Assembly: GCA_045590315.1 (NCBI GenBank)
Contig: JAZNQU010000025.1
Span: 1-46,464, forward strand
Source of the DNA: Eubacteriales bacterium
GTDB taxonomy: Bacteria; Bacillota; Clostridia; Oscillospirales; CAG-272
Direction: 5' to 3'
Length of the DNA stretch: 46,464 nucleotides
The notes under the pieces were generated by a model. That model was not told the DNA's origin and made no database searches. It worked only from the letters and a program-made list of their open reading frames with translations. The number at the start of each line of letters is the position of its first letter. Within the stretch, counting starts at the first letter, position 1. The translations under genes were made by a program, and so were the position numbers. This document shows positions 18,165 to 26,537 of this stretch, piece after piece.

Positions 18165-20351
18165 ATGAAGAAGCTTTTATCAATAATTGCAGTCGTGTGC
18201 GCGCTATCTCTTTCGGTCGGTGCTATCACACCTTATCTGGCTCATAATAAAACCGTATTTTACGACGGCAGTAACGTTACTCTGAACAGTGAACTTGAAA
18301 AAATAGATGAAGAGCACGTGGCACGTGCAGTAGAAGCAAGCAGACGTGTACTTCCCGATACTTCAGCCTATGATGAATTCGGTTACGATTCATATTCGCG
18401 TACTGGTGAGTACGGGAACGAAACTACGCTGAATTTGTATTGGACGAATACCGATACGTGGGACAATGCAAACGTCAGTGTAAATACCGACGGGTATATT
18501 ACAAGTTATTCAAAGAGCTATGAAAGAATAAGCGACAGACCCGTACCCGAAATATCGCAGGCGGACGCTCTCGCAATCGCATATGACTTCATATGCGCGG
18601 CAAATCCGGGCGTTGCAAGATTTTTTGACACAGAACACGCAAACGTAACTTACACAAAATTCAGTTCAACGTATGCCATAACGTTTACCGCAAACGATAA
18701 CGGGATCGTAATACTCGGCGGTTTGGCTCAGGTAAATATCTCATACCTTACGGGTGAAGTTTATTCTTACTCAACAACTCTTTCGTCTGCGCTTGATTCT
18801 GAAAATGAAGAACCGCTTAATAAAGAAGTGGTGAGAGAGCTGTTTGCGGAAAAATATCCGATGAAGCTTGAATACACGATAGCGTACGACAGAGTAGCGA
18901 AAAAATCGTACGTTGACCTGGTTTACGTTCCTGCAGGTACAGATAAGCTTATAAGTGCAAACGGAGAGCTTCTTGAGCGAATAAACGTTAAGGGCGGATA
19001 TAAATTTGCCACAAATTCGTCTGCTGCTATGGACAAAGCAGAAACCGAGTCTGCAGTTGAAGGAGCATTCGGACTTACGGGTGCGGAGTCGGCAGGGATA
19101 GAATATCAGGACGGATTTTATAAGCCCGAGGACGTATGCGGACTTATAAAGGCTCATAATGAGCTCGGGTTTGACGATGAAAACAAGATAACAAATGCAA
19201 ATCTCTATAAAAAAACATCGGCATATACTGACGCTGTAAGCTATAATCTTACGGTGAACTACGAGAGCGAAGATCATATCACCTACGTTGAGATAAACGC
19301 CGAAACGGGAGAGATACTTTCGTATTCCGATTATGATAAGAATTATGAAACCAAGCCGCTTGAAATTGATGACACAGATGCACTTATAAACGAGTATAAG
19401 ACTATCGCCGACGGGCTTGTAAAAAAACTGTATCCCGACACGTACGAGGAATATGTTCTTGATCCTGACGGTATATATGTTCCTGATGAGATAAACACGT
19501 GGAATGCGCTGGCATTCGTTTACGTCCGATATAATCAGGGACTTAAGTTTGAACGTGATGCCATAGGTATCAAGATAAGACTTGGAAACAAAAAAGTTAT
19601 AAGCATAAGCTATAATTACAGCGACTGCGAGTTCCCGTCTGTAGAGGGGATAATCTTGGCAGAAGACGCACTTGATATATACATCGAAAACGTTGGATTA
19701 GAGCCTGTGCTTTACCCTACAGTTAAGCTTGAAGACGGCAAGATATACGTAGCATCGGGCGACACTACAACGGCGAAAAAACGTCTGTTTATCGGATACG
19801 GATATACTTACGGGAATTATAAAATCGACGCTCACACAGGCGAAAGCGATACCGTTGTTACAAAACCCGAGTATTTCAAAAATATTGCATTTACAGACGT
19901 AAATGATGCAGCACTTCTTAAAAAGATCAATATTCTTGCTGATATGAATATCATAAAGCGTGCGGACAAATTTGAGCCTGAGCGCAACTTAACTCAGGGA
20001 GAATATGCAGATATGCTGCAGACTGTACTCCCGATCCCCGAAGTGTATGCTTTGGCAGGAGAAGACACGGCGGTGTTCGGCAAGGATTATGACCCAGAAA
20101 AGCCGCTTACACGTGCAAATGCCGTAAAAGCGATAGTGTATGCAAAGGGATATTCGGAGGTAGCAGAGCTTGAGGGCATATACGTGACGCGCTTTGAAGA
20201 CGATGAAAAAATTCCCGATCACGTAAAAGGATACGTAGCAATAGCACAGGGTCTTGGATTGCTTTATAAAGTGCGTTCAAATTTTGAGCCTGACGCTGAA
20301 GTTACAAAAGCCTTTGCAACAGAGCTTATATACGCGGTGGTCTGCGGATAA
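18165..20351 (+). CDS. secreted cell-wall-anchored protein: repeated PepSY-like modules plus C-terminal SLH domains
   Basis: Signal peptide MKKLLSIIAVVCALSLSVGA. Four modules end in GYITSYS / GEVYSYS / GEILSYS / KVISISY. C-terminal SLH-type repeats (FTDVNDAALLKKINILADMNII ...; IPDHVKGYVAIAQGLGLL ...). Confidence 0.75.
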   Translation: MKKLLSIIAVVCALSLSVGAITPYLAHNKTVFYDGSNVTLNSELEKIDEEHVARAVEASRRVLPDTSAYDEFGYDSYSRTGEYGNETTLNLYWTNTDTWDNANVSVNTDGYITSYSKSYERISDRPVPEISQADALAIAYDFICAANPGVARFFDTEHANVTYTKFSSTYAITFTANDNGIVILGGLAQVNISYLTGEVYSYSTTLSSALDSENEEPLNKEVVRELFAEKYPMKLEYTIAYDRVAKKSYVDLVYVPAGTDKLISANGELLERINVKGGYKFATNSSAAMDKAETESAVEGAFGLTGAESAGIEYQDGFYKPEDVCGLIKAHNELGFDDENKITNANLYKKTSAYTDAVSYNLTVNYESEDHITYVEINAETGEILSYSDYDKNYETKPLEIDDTDALINEYKTIADGLVKKLYPDTYEEYVLDPDGIYVPDEINTWNALAFVYVRYNQGLKFERDAIGIKIRLGNKKVISISYNYSDCEFPSVEGIILAEDALDIYIENVGLEPVLYPTVKLEDGKIYVASGDTTTAKKRLFIGYGYTYGNYKIDAHTGESDTVVTKPEYFKNIAFTDVNDAALLKKINILADMNIIKRADKFEPERNLTQGEYADMLQTVLPIPEVYALAGEDTAVFGKDYDPEKPLTRANAVKAIVYAKGYSEVAELEGIYVTRFEDDEKIPDHVKGYVAIAQGLGLLYKVRSNFEPDAEVTKAFATELIYAVVCG

Positions 20352-20353
20352 TG

Positions 20354-20385
20354 AAAAAAGCACTTGCATTTGCAAGTGCTTTTTT
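20354..20385 (+). terminator. perfectly palindromic intrinsic terminator (copy 1) ending the SLH gene
   Basis: A6-GCACTTGCA-TT-TGCAAGTGC-T6, starting 3 nt after the TAA stop. Identical to the copy at 20597-20628. Confidence 0.85.
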
Positions 20386-20594
20386 GCGAGTCGCGAGTGC
20401 ATAATAGTTGAAAGAATATTTATAATGAAATATCTCACTTCGTTCGATATGAAATAATTTCCCTCGGGAAATTATGAAATAGAAAGCTTGCGCTTTCTGT
20501 GAAATAAAATTTGCCATTCATATAGCGAAGGGTATTTCATACACGAAGTGTATTTCATAGCACAGCTATTTCACTTGCCGAAGGCAAATTTCAT
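20386..20594. repeat. non-coding array of [A/G]TGAAAT heptamers (4 forward, 4-5 reverse) interleaved with short perfect hairpins
   Basis: Forward heptamers at 20425, 20449, 20474 and 20499. Reverse heptamers at 20534, 20552, 20568 and 20588, plus a degenerate one at 20516. Hairpins at 20456-20473, 20481-20498, 20539-20553, 20557-20569 and 20575-20587. Confidence 0.8.
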
Positions 20595-20596
20595 TG

Positions 20597-20628
20597 AAAA
20601 AAGCACTTGCATTTGCAAGTGCTTTTTT
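20597..20628 (-). terminator. perfectly palindromic intrinsic terminator (copy 2) ending the tRNA operon
   Basis: Same 32-nt palindrome as 20354-20385, and 34 nt are identical including the preceding TG. It lies 2 nt beyond the CCA end of tRNA-His. Confidence 0.85.
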
Positions 20629-20630
20629 CA

Positions 20631-20708
20631 TGGGGTGAGATATCGGATTCGAACCGACGGCCTTCAGGGCCACAACCTGACGCTCTAACCAACTGAGCTA
20701 ATCCCACC
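20631..20708 (-). tRNA. tRNA-His (anticodon GTG), with genomically encoded G-1 and CCA
   Basis: The reverse complement folds as a cloverleaf: G(-1) GTGGGAT TA GCTC AGTTGGTTA GAGC G TCAGG TTGTGGC CCTGA AGGCC GTCGG TTCGAAT CCGAT ATCTCAC C CCA. Confidence 0.93.
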
Positions 20709-20711
20709 ATA

Positions 20712-20788
20712 TGGCGTACCTTGAGGGACTCGAACCCCCGACCTACTGCTTAGAAGGCAGTTGCTCTATCCAGCTGAGCTAAAGGTAC
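20712..20788 (-). tRNA. tRNA-Arg (anticodon TCT), CCA encoded
   Basis: The reverse complement folds as: GTACCTT TA GCTC AGCTGGATA GAGC A ACTGC CTTCTAA GCAGT AGGTC GGGGG TTCGAGT CCCTC AAGGTAC G CCA. Confidence 0.93.
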
Positions 20789-20816
20789 GTGTGTGATTTT
20801 TGTGTCAACGCAAGAT

Positions 20817-20845
20817 ATTATACCATAACAGTTTTAGCTTGTCAA
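20817..20845 (-). promoter_or_regulatory. consensus sigma-A promoter of the tRNA-Arg/His operon
   Basis: The minus strand reads TTGACA, 17-nt spacer, TATAAT, with a TG one base upstream of the -10. The -10 ends about 28 nt before the tRNA-Arg 5' end. Confidence 0.8.
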
Positions 20846-20952
20846 TAGCTTTTCAGACATTTTTTCAAGATTTTTCTCTTGTCGTATCATCGCCAGGAAA
20901 GGTGGACAATGAATCCTTTTACTTACAAAAAATATTGAATTTGAGCATAGAC

Positions 20953-20981
20953 TTGTCTTTTTGTGAAATTTATGCTACAAT
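20953..20981 (+). promoter_or_regulatory. candidate promoter for pepD
   Basis: TTGTCT, 17-nt spacer, TACAAT, with a TG one base upstream of the -10. Confidence 0.45.
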
Positions 20982-21050
20982 GGTAAAAATGCATTAACAT
21001 AAAAAAATAAATTTGCATATAATAACGTGTGACACAACGGAGGAATTATC

Positions 21051-22481
21051 ATGTCCTTAAATACAGATTACAGAAATGCTCCCGTTTATAAATATTTTGA
21101 GAGCATATGCAAAATCCCCCACGGCTCGGGCAACGAAAAGGCAATTGCCGACTACGTTGAAGCCTTTGCAAAAGAGCGCGGACTTTATTCTTACCGCGAT
21201 AGCTTTGATAACGTCTTTGTAAGACGTCCGGCAACACCCGGCTATGAAAACCGTCCTGCTGTGCTTTTGCAGGGACACCTTGATATGGTGTGCGAGAAAG
21301 TACCCGGACTTGAATTCGATTTTCTGAGGGACGCTATTCAGATCGAAGAGCGCGACGGCTGGCTTTATGCAAAGTCAACGACGCTTGGCGCTGACGACGG
21401 CATTGCTGTTGCTATAATGCTCGCTATTCTTGATGACAAGGACTTTAAAGCTCCGACCATTGAGTGCTTGTTCACAACGAGCGAGGAAACGGCTCTTGTT
21501 GGAGCTACAAACTTTGATTACAGTAAAGTCATCTCTCGCAGAATGATAAACATCGATACCGAGGAAGAAGGCGAAGCTGTTGCAGGAAGCGCCGGCGGTG
21601 TAAGATGCAGAATAACACGCAAAATTGAAAAAGAAGAAGTACCCGCGGGTGCTAAAGCCGTTAAAATCACAGTCGGCGGACTTAAAGGCGGTCACTCGGG
21701 TACGGATATCGCACTCGGCAGAACGAGCGCGTGCGTTGCTATGTCGAAGCTTTTAAAGCTTCTCGGCGATAAAATTACTATCGCAGGGGTGCTAGGCGGA
21801 AATATGGACAACGCTATTGCACGCGACTGTGTAGCGGTAGTAGTATCTTCTGATATACAGCCTGTATGCGACACTGTACGCGATTATGAAACGACTCTTA
21901 AAGCTAAAGTTATTGAAGACGATAACGGACTGTTTATAACGGCTGAAGAAGTAAGTGCAGACTCGGTTATGACTTCAGAGCTTTCAAGTGCACTCGTTAC
22001 GCTTGCAAACGAGCTTCAGCACGGCGTTTACGCAATGAGTCGCGATATGGAGGGACTTGTTGAAAGCTCGGCTAATTTCGCTTCATTCAAAGAAGAAAAC
22101 GGCGAGCTCGTTATAAGCCTTTCCTGCCGTTCATCGGTGGCAGCCTCCCTTGCTTCGATGAAGGAAACTATCCGCGAAAAAGCACACGCAAACGGCTTTG
22201 AAGTAAAGTTTGAAGGCGAGTATCCCGGATGGCAGTATGCACCTGACTCCGAGCTCATCGGTATATTCAAGGATACCTACAAGAAAACCTCAGGCAAAGA
22301 GGGAAGAGTCGTTGCGATACACGCAGGACTTGAGTGCGGACTTATAAAGGCAGCGATACCCGATATGGATATTCTTTCGGTAGGACCTACAATAAGAGAC
22401 GCGCACACACCTAACGAGCACATGGAAATAGGCTCATTTATGAGACTTTACGACCTTATTCGCGAAATGATAAACGCGTGA
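21051..22481 (+). CDS. pepD: aminoacyl-histidine (Xaa-His) dipeptidase, M20 family
   Basis: N-terminus PVYKYFESICKIPHGSGNEKAIADYV, LQGHLDMV, TTLGADDGIAVA, and TSEETALVGA. 476 aa. Confidence 0.9.
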   Translation: MSLNTDYRNAPVYKYFESICKIPHGSGNEKAIADYVEAFAKERGLYSYRDSFDNVFVRRPATPGYENRPAVLLQGHLDMVCEKVPGLEFDFLRDAIQIEERDGWLYAKSTTLGADDGIAVAIMLAILDDKDFKAPTIECLFTTSEETALVGATNFDYSKVISRRMINIDTEEEGEAVAGSAGGVRCRITRKIEKEEVPAGAKAVKITVGGLKGGHSGTDIALGRTSACVAMSKLLKLLGDKITIAGVLGGNMDNAIARDCVAVVVSSDIQPVCDTVRDYETTLKAKVIEDDNGLFITAEEVSADSVMTSELSSALVTLANELQHGVYAMSRDMEGLVESSANFASFKEENGELVISLSCRSSVAASLASMKETIREKAHANGFEVKFEGEYPGWQYAPDSELIGIFKDTYKKTSGKEGRVVAIHAGLECGLIKAAIPDMDILSVGPTIRDAHTPNEHMEIGSFMRLYDLIREMINA

Positions 22482-22491
22482 AATGCCAAAA

Positions 22492-22624
22492 GGCTCCCTC
22501 GCATAAGAACACGCTGGTGTGTTCTTTGGAGCTTGTCAGCGAAGCTGACTGAGGGAGAGCGCGTATGCAGATAAAACTCCTTCCGTCAAAACCTGCGGTT
22601 TTGCCACCTCCCTCAAAGAGGTAG
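22492..22624 (+). other. multi-hairpin structured element in the pepD 3' region (three-way junction plus two further hairpins)
   Basis: P1 CTCCCTC (22494-22500) pairs with GAGGGAG (22551-22557). P2 AAGAACAC-GCTGGT-GTGTTCTT (22505-22526). P3 GTCAGC-GAA-GCTGAC (22535-22549). CAAAACC-TGC-GGTTTTG (22587-22603). CCTC-AAA-GAGG (22611-22621). Confidence 0.6.
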
Positions 22625-22639
22625 ACTAAATAACGAGCA

Positions 22640-22664
22640 AGGCACCCAAACGGGTGCCTTTTTT
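22640..22664 (+). terminator. intrinsic terminator of pepD transcript
   Basis: AGGCACCC-AAAC-GGGTGCCT followed by a T-run. Confidence 0.85.
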
Positions 22665-22739
22665 CTTCTTTGCCGACAAAAAAATCGTTATATTTACCTT
22701 ATAACGTGTATTTTTATACCAGAAGTTCACAAAATATAC

Positions 22740-22768
22740 TTGCAATTTCTCTATTATTTTATTATAAT
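22740..22768 (+). promoter_or_regulatory. candidate sigma-A promoter for secA
   Basis: TTGCAA, 17-nt spacer, TATAAT. A second TGcTATAAT is at 22778-22786. Confidence 0.5.
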
Positions 22769-22846
22769 AATTATGATTGCTATAATTTTGAGAATTTTGA
22801 GCAAATGAAATTCACCCACGCCATTTAGAAAGGAATTACCGTACTA

Positions 22847-25615
22847 ATGGGACTTATTGAAAAAATATTCGGAACTTACAGCGAAAGACAGCTGAAGAAG
22901 ATATATCCTATCGTAGATGCTATCGAAGCGCTTGCGCCTAAATATAAAGCTATGAGCGACTCTGAGCTTCGCGCTACTACAGACGTTCTTAAAGAAAGAC
23001 TTAAAAACGGTGAAACACTTGACGATATTTTGTGCGACGCGTTTGCACTTGTTAGAGAAGCTGATGACAGAGTTCTCGGTAAACGTCCTTTCAGAGTACA
23101 GCTTGTTGGCGGTATCGTTTTGCATCAGGGAAGAATAGCCGAAATGAAAACGGGTGAAGGTAAAACACTCGTTGCAACTCTCCCTGCATACCTTAATGCG
23201 CTCGCAGGAAACGGCGTTCACATTGTAACGGTAAACGAATACCTTGCAAAGCGTGACAGCGATGAAATGGGCAGAGTATACGCTTTCCTCGGACTTACCA
23301 CGGGACTTATACATCACGACCAGGACCCGCTTGAAAAGCAGGCGGCATACAGAGCCGATATCACCTACGGCACTAATAACGAATTCGGATTTGACTACCT
23401 TCGCGACAATATGGCGCTGTATAGCACACAGCTCTTCCAGCGCGGACACGCTTTCGCCATAGTTGACGAAGTTGACTCAATACTCATAGATGAAGCGCGT
23501 ACACCGCTTATCATTTCTGGACTTGGTGACGAAGTAAGCGACCTTTACGGCAAGGCAAACGACCTCGTTCGTTCTTTTCGCAAGCACCTTATCAAAGAGG
23601 CGGACAAAAAGGAGCTTATGGACGAAGTTGATGCCGACTATATCGTAGACGAAAAGGCGCACACCGTAAGCCTTACAAAATACGGTATCGAAAAGGCTGA
23701 AAAGTATTTCGGTATCGAAAACCTTTCTGATCCCGAAAACTCCACGATAGCGCATCATATCAATCAGGCGATGCGTGCTCACGGCGTAATGAAGAGAGAC
23801 GTTGATTATATAGTCAAGGACGGAGAGGTCCTTATAATCGACTCGTTCACAGGTCGTATAATGTACGGCAGACGTTACTCAGACAGTCTGCATCAGGCGA
23901 TAGAAGCAAAGGAACGCGTTGAGATCAAGCGCGAAAACAGAACGCTTGCAACGATAAGCTTCCAGAACTATTTCAGACTCTATAAAAAGCTTTCGGGTAT
24001 GACGGGCACGGCTCTTACCGAAGAAAATGAATTCAGAGAAATATATGCGCTTGACGTGGTAGAAGTGCCAACCAACAAGCCTATGATAAGAAACGACTAT
24101 ACAGACGCCGTATTTACCTCGCAGGCAGGCAAGTACAGAGCGATAGTCAAGCAGATCAAGGAATGTAACGCCAAAGGCCAGCCTGTGCTCGTTGGTACGG
24201 TTTCGATAGAAATGTCCGAATTACTTTCGGATATATTAAAGAAAAACGGTATCAAGCACACGGTGCTTAATGCTAAGTATCACGAAAAGGAAGCCGAGAT
24301 AGTCGCGCAGGCAGGTAAGCTTTATGCAGTTACTATTTCGACCAATATGGCAGGACGCGGTACCGATATTATGCTCGGCGGTAACGCAGAGTTTATGGCT
24401 AAGAGCGAGATGCGACGCCGCGATATTGACGATAGTATTATCCGCCTTGCAGTAGGTACGAGCGAAGAAAGTGATCCTGAGGTAGTAGAAGCACGTGCGC
24501 TCTTTAAAGAACTTGTCGAAAAATACAAAGCGGAAATTGCTCCCGAAGCTGAAAAGGTAAGAGAAGCAGGCGGTCTTTATATACTCGGCACGGAACGACA
24601 TAAGAGCCGCCGTATCGACAATCAGCTCAGAGGACGTTCGGGACGTCAGGGTGATCCCGGTATGTCGCGTTTCTTCCTCTCGCTTGAAGACGATCTTATG
24701 AGACTTTTTGGCGGAGACAGAATAATCGGCGTTGTCAAGAGTCTTGGCATCGACGAGGATACAGTAATCGACCAGAAGATACTTTCGGGCAGCATAGAGT
24801 CTGCGCAGAAGAAGATAGAGGACAGAGAGTTCAATCACAGAAAGTCGGTTATCGAATACGACAACGTGATGAACGAACAGAGAAGAGTCATCTATTCACA
24901 GCGCCGCGAGGTAATGAACGGCGAAGATATGAGCGCGACAATAAAGCATATGATCTACGATGTTATCGACACGGTAGTTGCCGAAAATACGGCAGACGAA
25001 GTGCGTGACGACTGGAACTACGACGCGATACGTGCTCACTTCTACGGCTATCTTACAAAGGATGATGACTTCAGATACACGGTTGACGATTTTGACAGAA
25101 TAGACGCCGATCAGATTGTAAGCGAGCTTAAGGAGCGTGCGGATAAAATATATGCGCAAAAGGAAGAGCTCTTCGGCAATGATATGCGCGAGATCGAGCG
25201 CGTAGTGCTCCTTCGCAGCGTTGACGAAAACTGGGTTGAGCATCTTGAAGCAATGGATCAGATGCGCGCAGGCGTGTTCCTTCAGGGATATGCACAGCGC
25301 AATCCTCTTAACGAATATAAAATCCTCGGCTCAAATATGTTTGACGAGATGATATACTCAATAAAGCAGGGTGTTACGCGCCGTATACTTTCGGTAATGC
25401 CGAAAGAAAAGCCCACGGAGCGCGAACAGGTTATGAAAGAAGCTCGCGGCGGCAGAGTTAATCTTGCTTTCAATCAGGGCAGAACGACACCGCCGCAAAA
25501 TACCGCACAGACTCCCGCGGTGCGCAATACGGCAAAAATAGGCAGAAACGACCCCTGTCCCTGCGGAAGCGGTAAGAAGTATAAGAAGTGCTGCGGAGCA
25601 GGCACGGAAGAATAA
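22847..25615 (+). CDS. secA: preprotein translocase ATPase SecA
   Basis: [20 protein letters not shown] (Walker A), [20 protein letters not shown] (DEAD-like), and a C-terminal zinc finger [14 protein letters not shown]. 922 aa. Confidence 0.97.
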   Translation: MGLIEKIFGTYSERQLKKIYPIVDAIEALAPKYKAMSDSELRATTDVLKERLKNGETLDDILCDAFALVREADDRVLGKRPFRVQLVGGIVLHQGRIAEMKTGEGKTLVATLPAYLNALAGNGVHIVTVNEYLAKRDSDEMGRVYAFLGLTTGLIHHDQDPLEKQAAYRADITYGTNNEFGFDYLRDNMALYSTQLFQRGHAFAIVDEVDSILIDEARTPLIISGLGDEVSDLYGKANDLVRSFRKHLIKEADKKELMDEVDADYIVDEKAHTVSLTKYGIEKAEKYFGIENLSDPENSTIAHHINQAMRAHGVMKRDVDYIVKDGEVLIIDSFTGRIMYGRRYSDSLHQAIEAKERVEIKRENRTLATISFQNYFRLYKKLSGMTGTALTEENEFREIYALDVVEVPTNKPMIRNDYTDAVFTSQAGKYRAIVKQIKECNAKGQPVLVGTVSIEMSELLSDILKKNGIKHTVLNAKYHEKEAEIVAQAGKLYAVTISTNMAGRGTDIMLGGNAEFMAKSEMRRRDIDDSIIRLAVGTSEESDPEVVEARALFKELVEKYKAEIAPEAEKVREAGGLYILGTERHKSRRIDNQLRGRSGRQGDPGMSRFFLSLEDDLMRLFGGDRIIGVVKSLGIDEDTVIDQKILSGSIESAQKKIEDREFNHRKSVIEYDNVMNEQRRVIYSQRREVMNGEDMSATIKHMIYDVIDTVVAENTADEVRDDWNYDAIRAHFYGYLTKDDDFRYTVDDFDRIDADQIVSELKERADKIYAQKEELFGNDMREIERVVLLRSVDENWVEHLEAMDQMRAGVFLQGYAQRNPLNEYKILGSNMFDEMIYSIKQGVTRRILSVMPKEKPTEREQVMKEARGGRVNLAFNQGRTTPPQNTAQTPAVRNTAKIGRNDPCPCGSGKKYKKCCGAGTEE

Positions 25616-25636
25616 ATTTTATAAGGAATTTTAACA

Positions 25637-26524
25637 ATGCCATCAGATCAGATACAATGGTTTCCCGGGCATATGGCGAAAACAAGAAGACTCATATCCG
25701 AGTCTTTAAAGCTTGTTGACATCGTTATAGAACTACTCGATGCAAGAATACCGTACAGCTCGAAAAACCCCGAGATTGCAAGACTTGTTGGAAACAAGCC
25801 GATGCTTACACTTATGAATAAAGCCTCTCTTGCAGATCCCTCTCAGTTTGAATCCTGGAAAAAGTATTATACAGGAAAGGGCAGGGGATGTATTATCACC
25901 GACGTTACACGCGGACAGGGAATAGGCGAGATTATGCCCGCCGTGAGAAATATCCTCGGTGATAAGCTTGAAAGATACGAAGAAAAGGGAATGACCGGCA
26001 GACGGCTCAAAGCTATGATAGTCGGAATACCGAACGTCGGAAAATCCTCGCTTATAAATAAGCTTTCGGGCAATAAGAAGGCAAAAGTCGAGGACAGACC
26101 GGGCGTTACAGTGAACAAGCAGTGGGTAACTACCTCTATCGGTATCGACCTGCTTGATATGCCGGGCGTACTCTGGCCGAAATTTGAGGACGAAAGCGTT
26201 GGCGAAAGCCTTGCAATGACAGGAGCTATCAAGGATCAGATACTTGATACAGAGCTTATCGCGATGCGCCTGTGCGGTAGACTCAGACGTCTTTATCCCG
26301 AGGAGCTTGCAAACAGATATAAGCTTGGCTCGATGGATAAATACGAGGACTTTACCGATTACGAGCTCTTTGAGGAGATAGGAAGAAAGCGCGGATGTAT
26401 AATCTCGGGCGGTGAAATAAACACCGAGAGATGTGCAGGAATGCTTCTTGACGAATTCCGTGGCGGAGTTATCGGAAGAATCACTCTTGAGAGGGTAGAA
26501 GACTTTATACGCGACAAAGCGTGA
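25637..26524 (+). CDS. rbgA: ribosome biogenesis GTPase A (YlqF/RbgA)
   Basis: IQWFPGHMAKTRR start and circularly permuted GTPase motifs (NKASL ... GIPNVGKSSLIN ... DMPG). Confidence 0.92.
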   Translation: MPSDQIQWFPGHMAKTRRLISESLKLVDIVIELLDARIPYSSKNPEIARLVGNKPMLTLMNKASLADPSQFESWKKYYTGKGRGCIITDVTRGQGIGEIMPAVRNILGDKLERYEEKGMTGRRLKAMIVGIPNVGKSSLINKLSGNKKAKVEDRPGVTVNKQWVTTSIGIDLLDMPGVLWPKFEDESVGESLAMTGAIKDQILDTELIAMRLCGRLRRLYPEELANRYKLGSMDKYEDFTDYELFEEIGRKRGCIISGGEINTERCAGMLLDEFRGGVIGRITLERVEDFIRDKA

Positions 26525-26537
26525 GAGGATCATAGAT

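Noticed and set aside
18771-19277. 168-aa minus-strand ORF inside the SLH protein gene
   Set aside because: Antisense frame with Arg/Phe/Cys-rich junk composition. The sense frame has a signal peptide, repeats and SLH domains.
20386-20594. Considered a degenerate CRISPR array
   Set aside because: The repeat unit is only 7 nt and the spacers are 9-18 nt and self-complementary. The repeats switch orientation mid-array, and there are no cas genes in the window.
20960-20980. TTGTGAA half-site resembling a Rex operator in the pepD promoter
   Set aside because: Only one half of TTGTGAA-N4-TTCACAA is present. The partner half reads ATGCTAC, so this is not a credible Rex box.
20254-20997. Short ORFs of 60-67 aa (20254-20457 +, 20326-20517 -, 20800-20997 +) in the tRNA-flanking intergenic regions
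   Set aside because: They read across terminator palindromes, the heptamer and hairpin array, or promoter DNA. They have no RBS. Their MKY/FHI-type peptide content simply reflects the TGAAAT repeats.
22844-24838. Minus-strand ORFs of 201 aa (22844-23449) and 200 aa (24236-24838), plus smaller ones, within secA
   Set aside because: Antisense to a full-length, motif-complete SecA. There are no independent start signals.
25733-26533. 266-aa minus-strand ORF (also the nested ORF at 25867-26232)
   Set aside because: Antisense to rbgA, which has clear GTPase motifs. The product has no recognisable motif.
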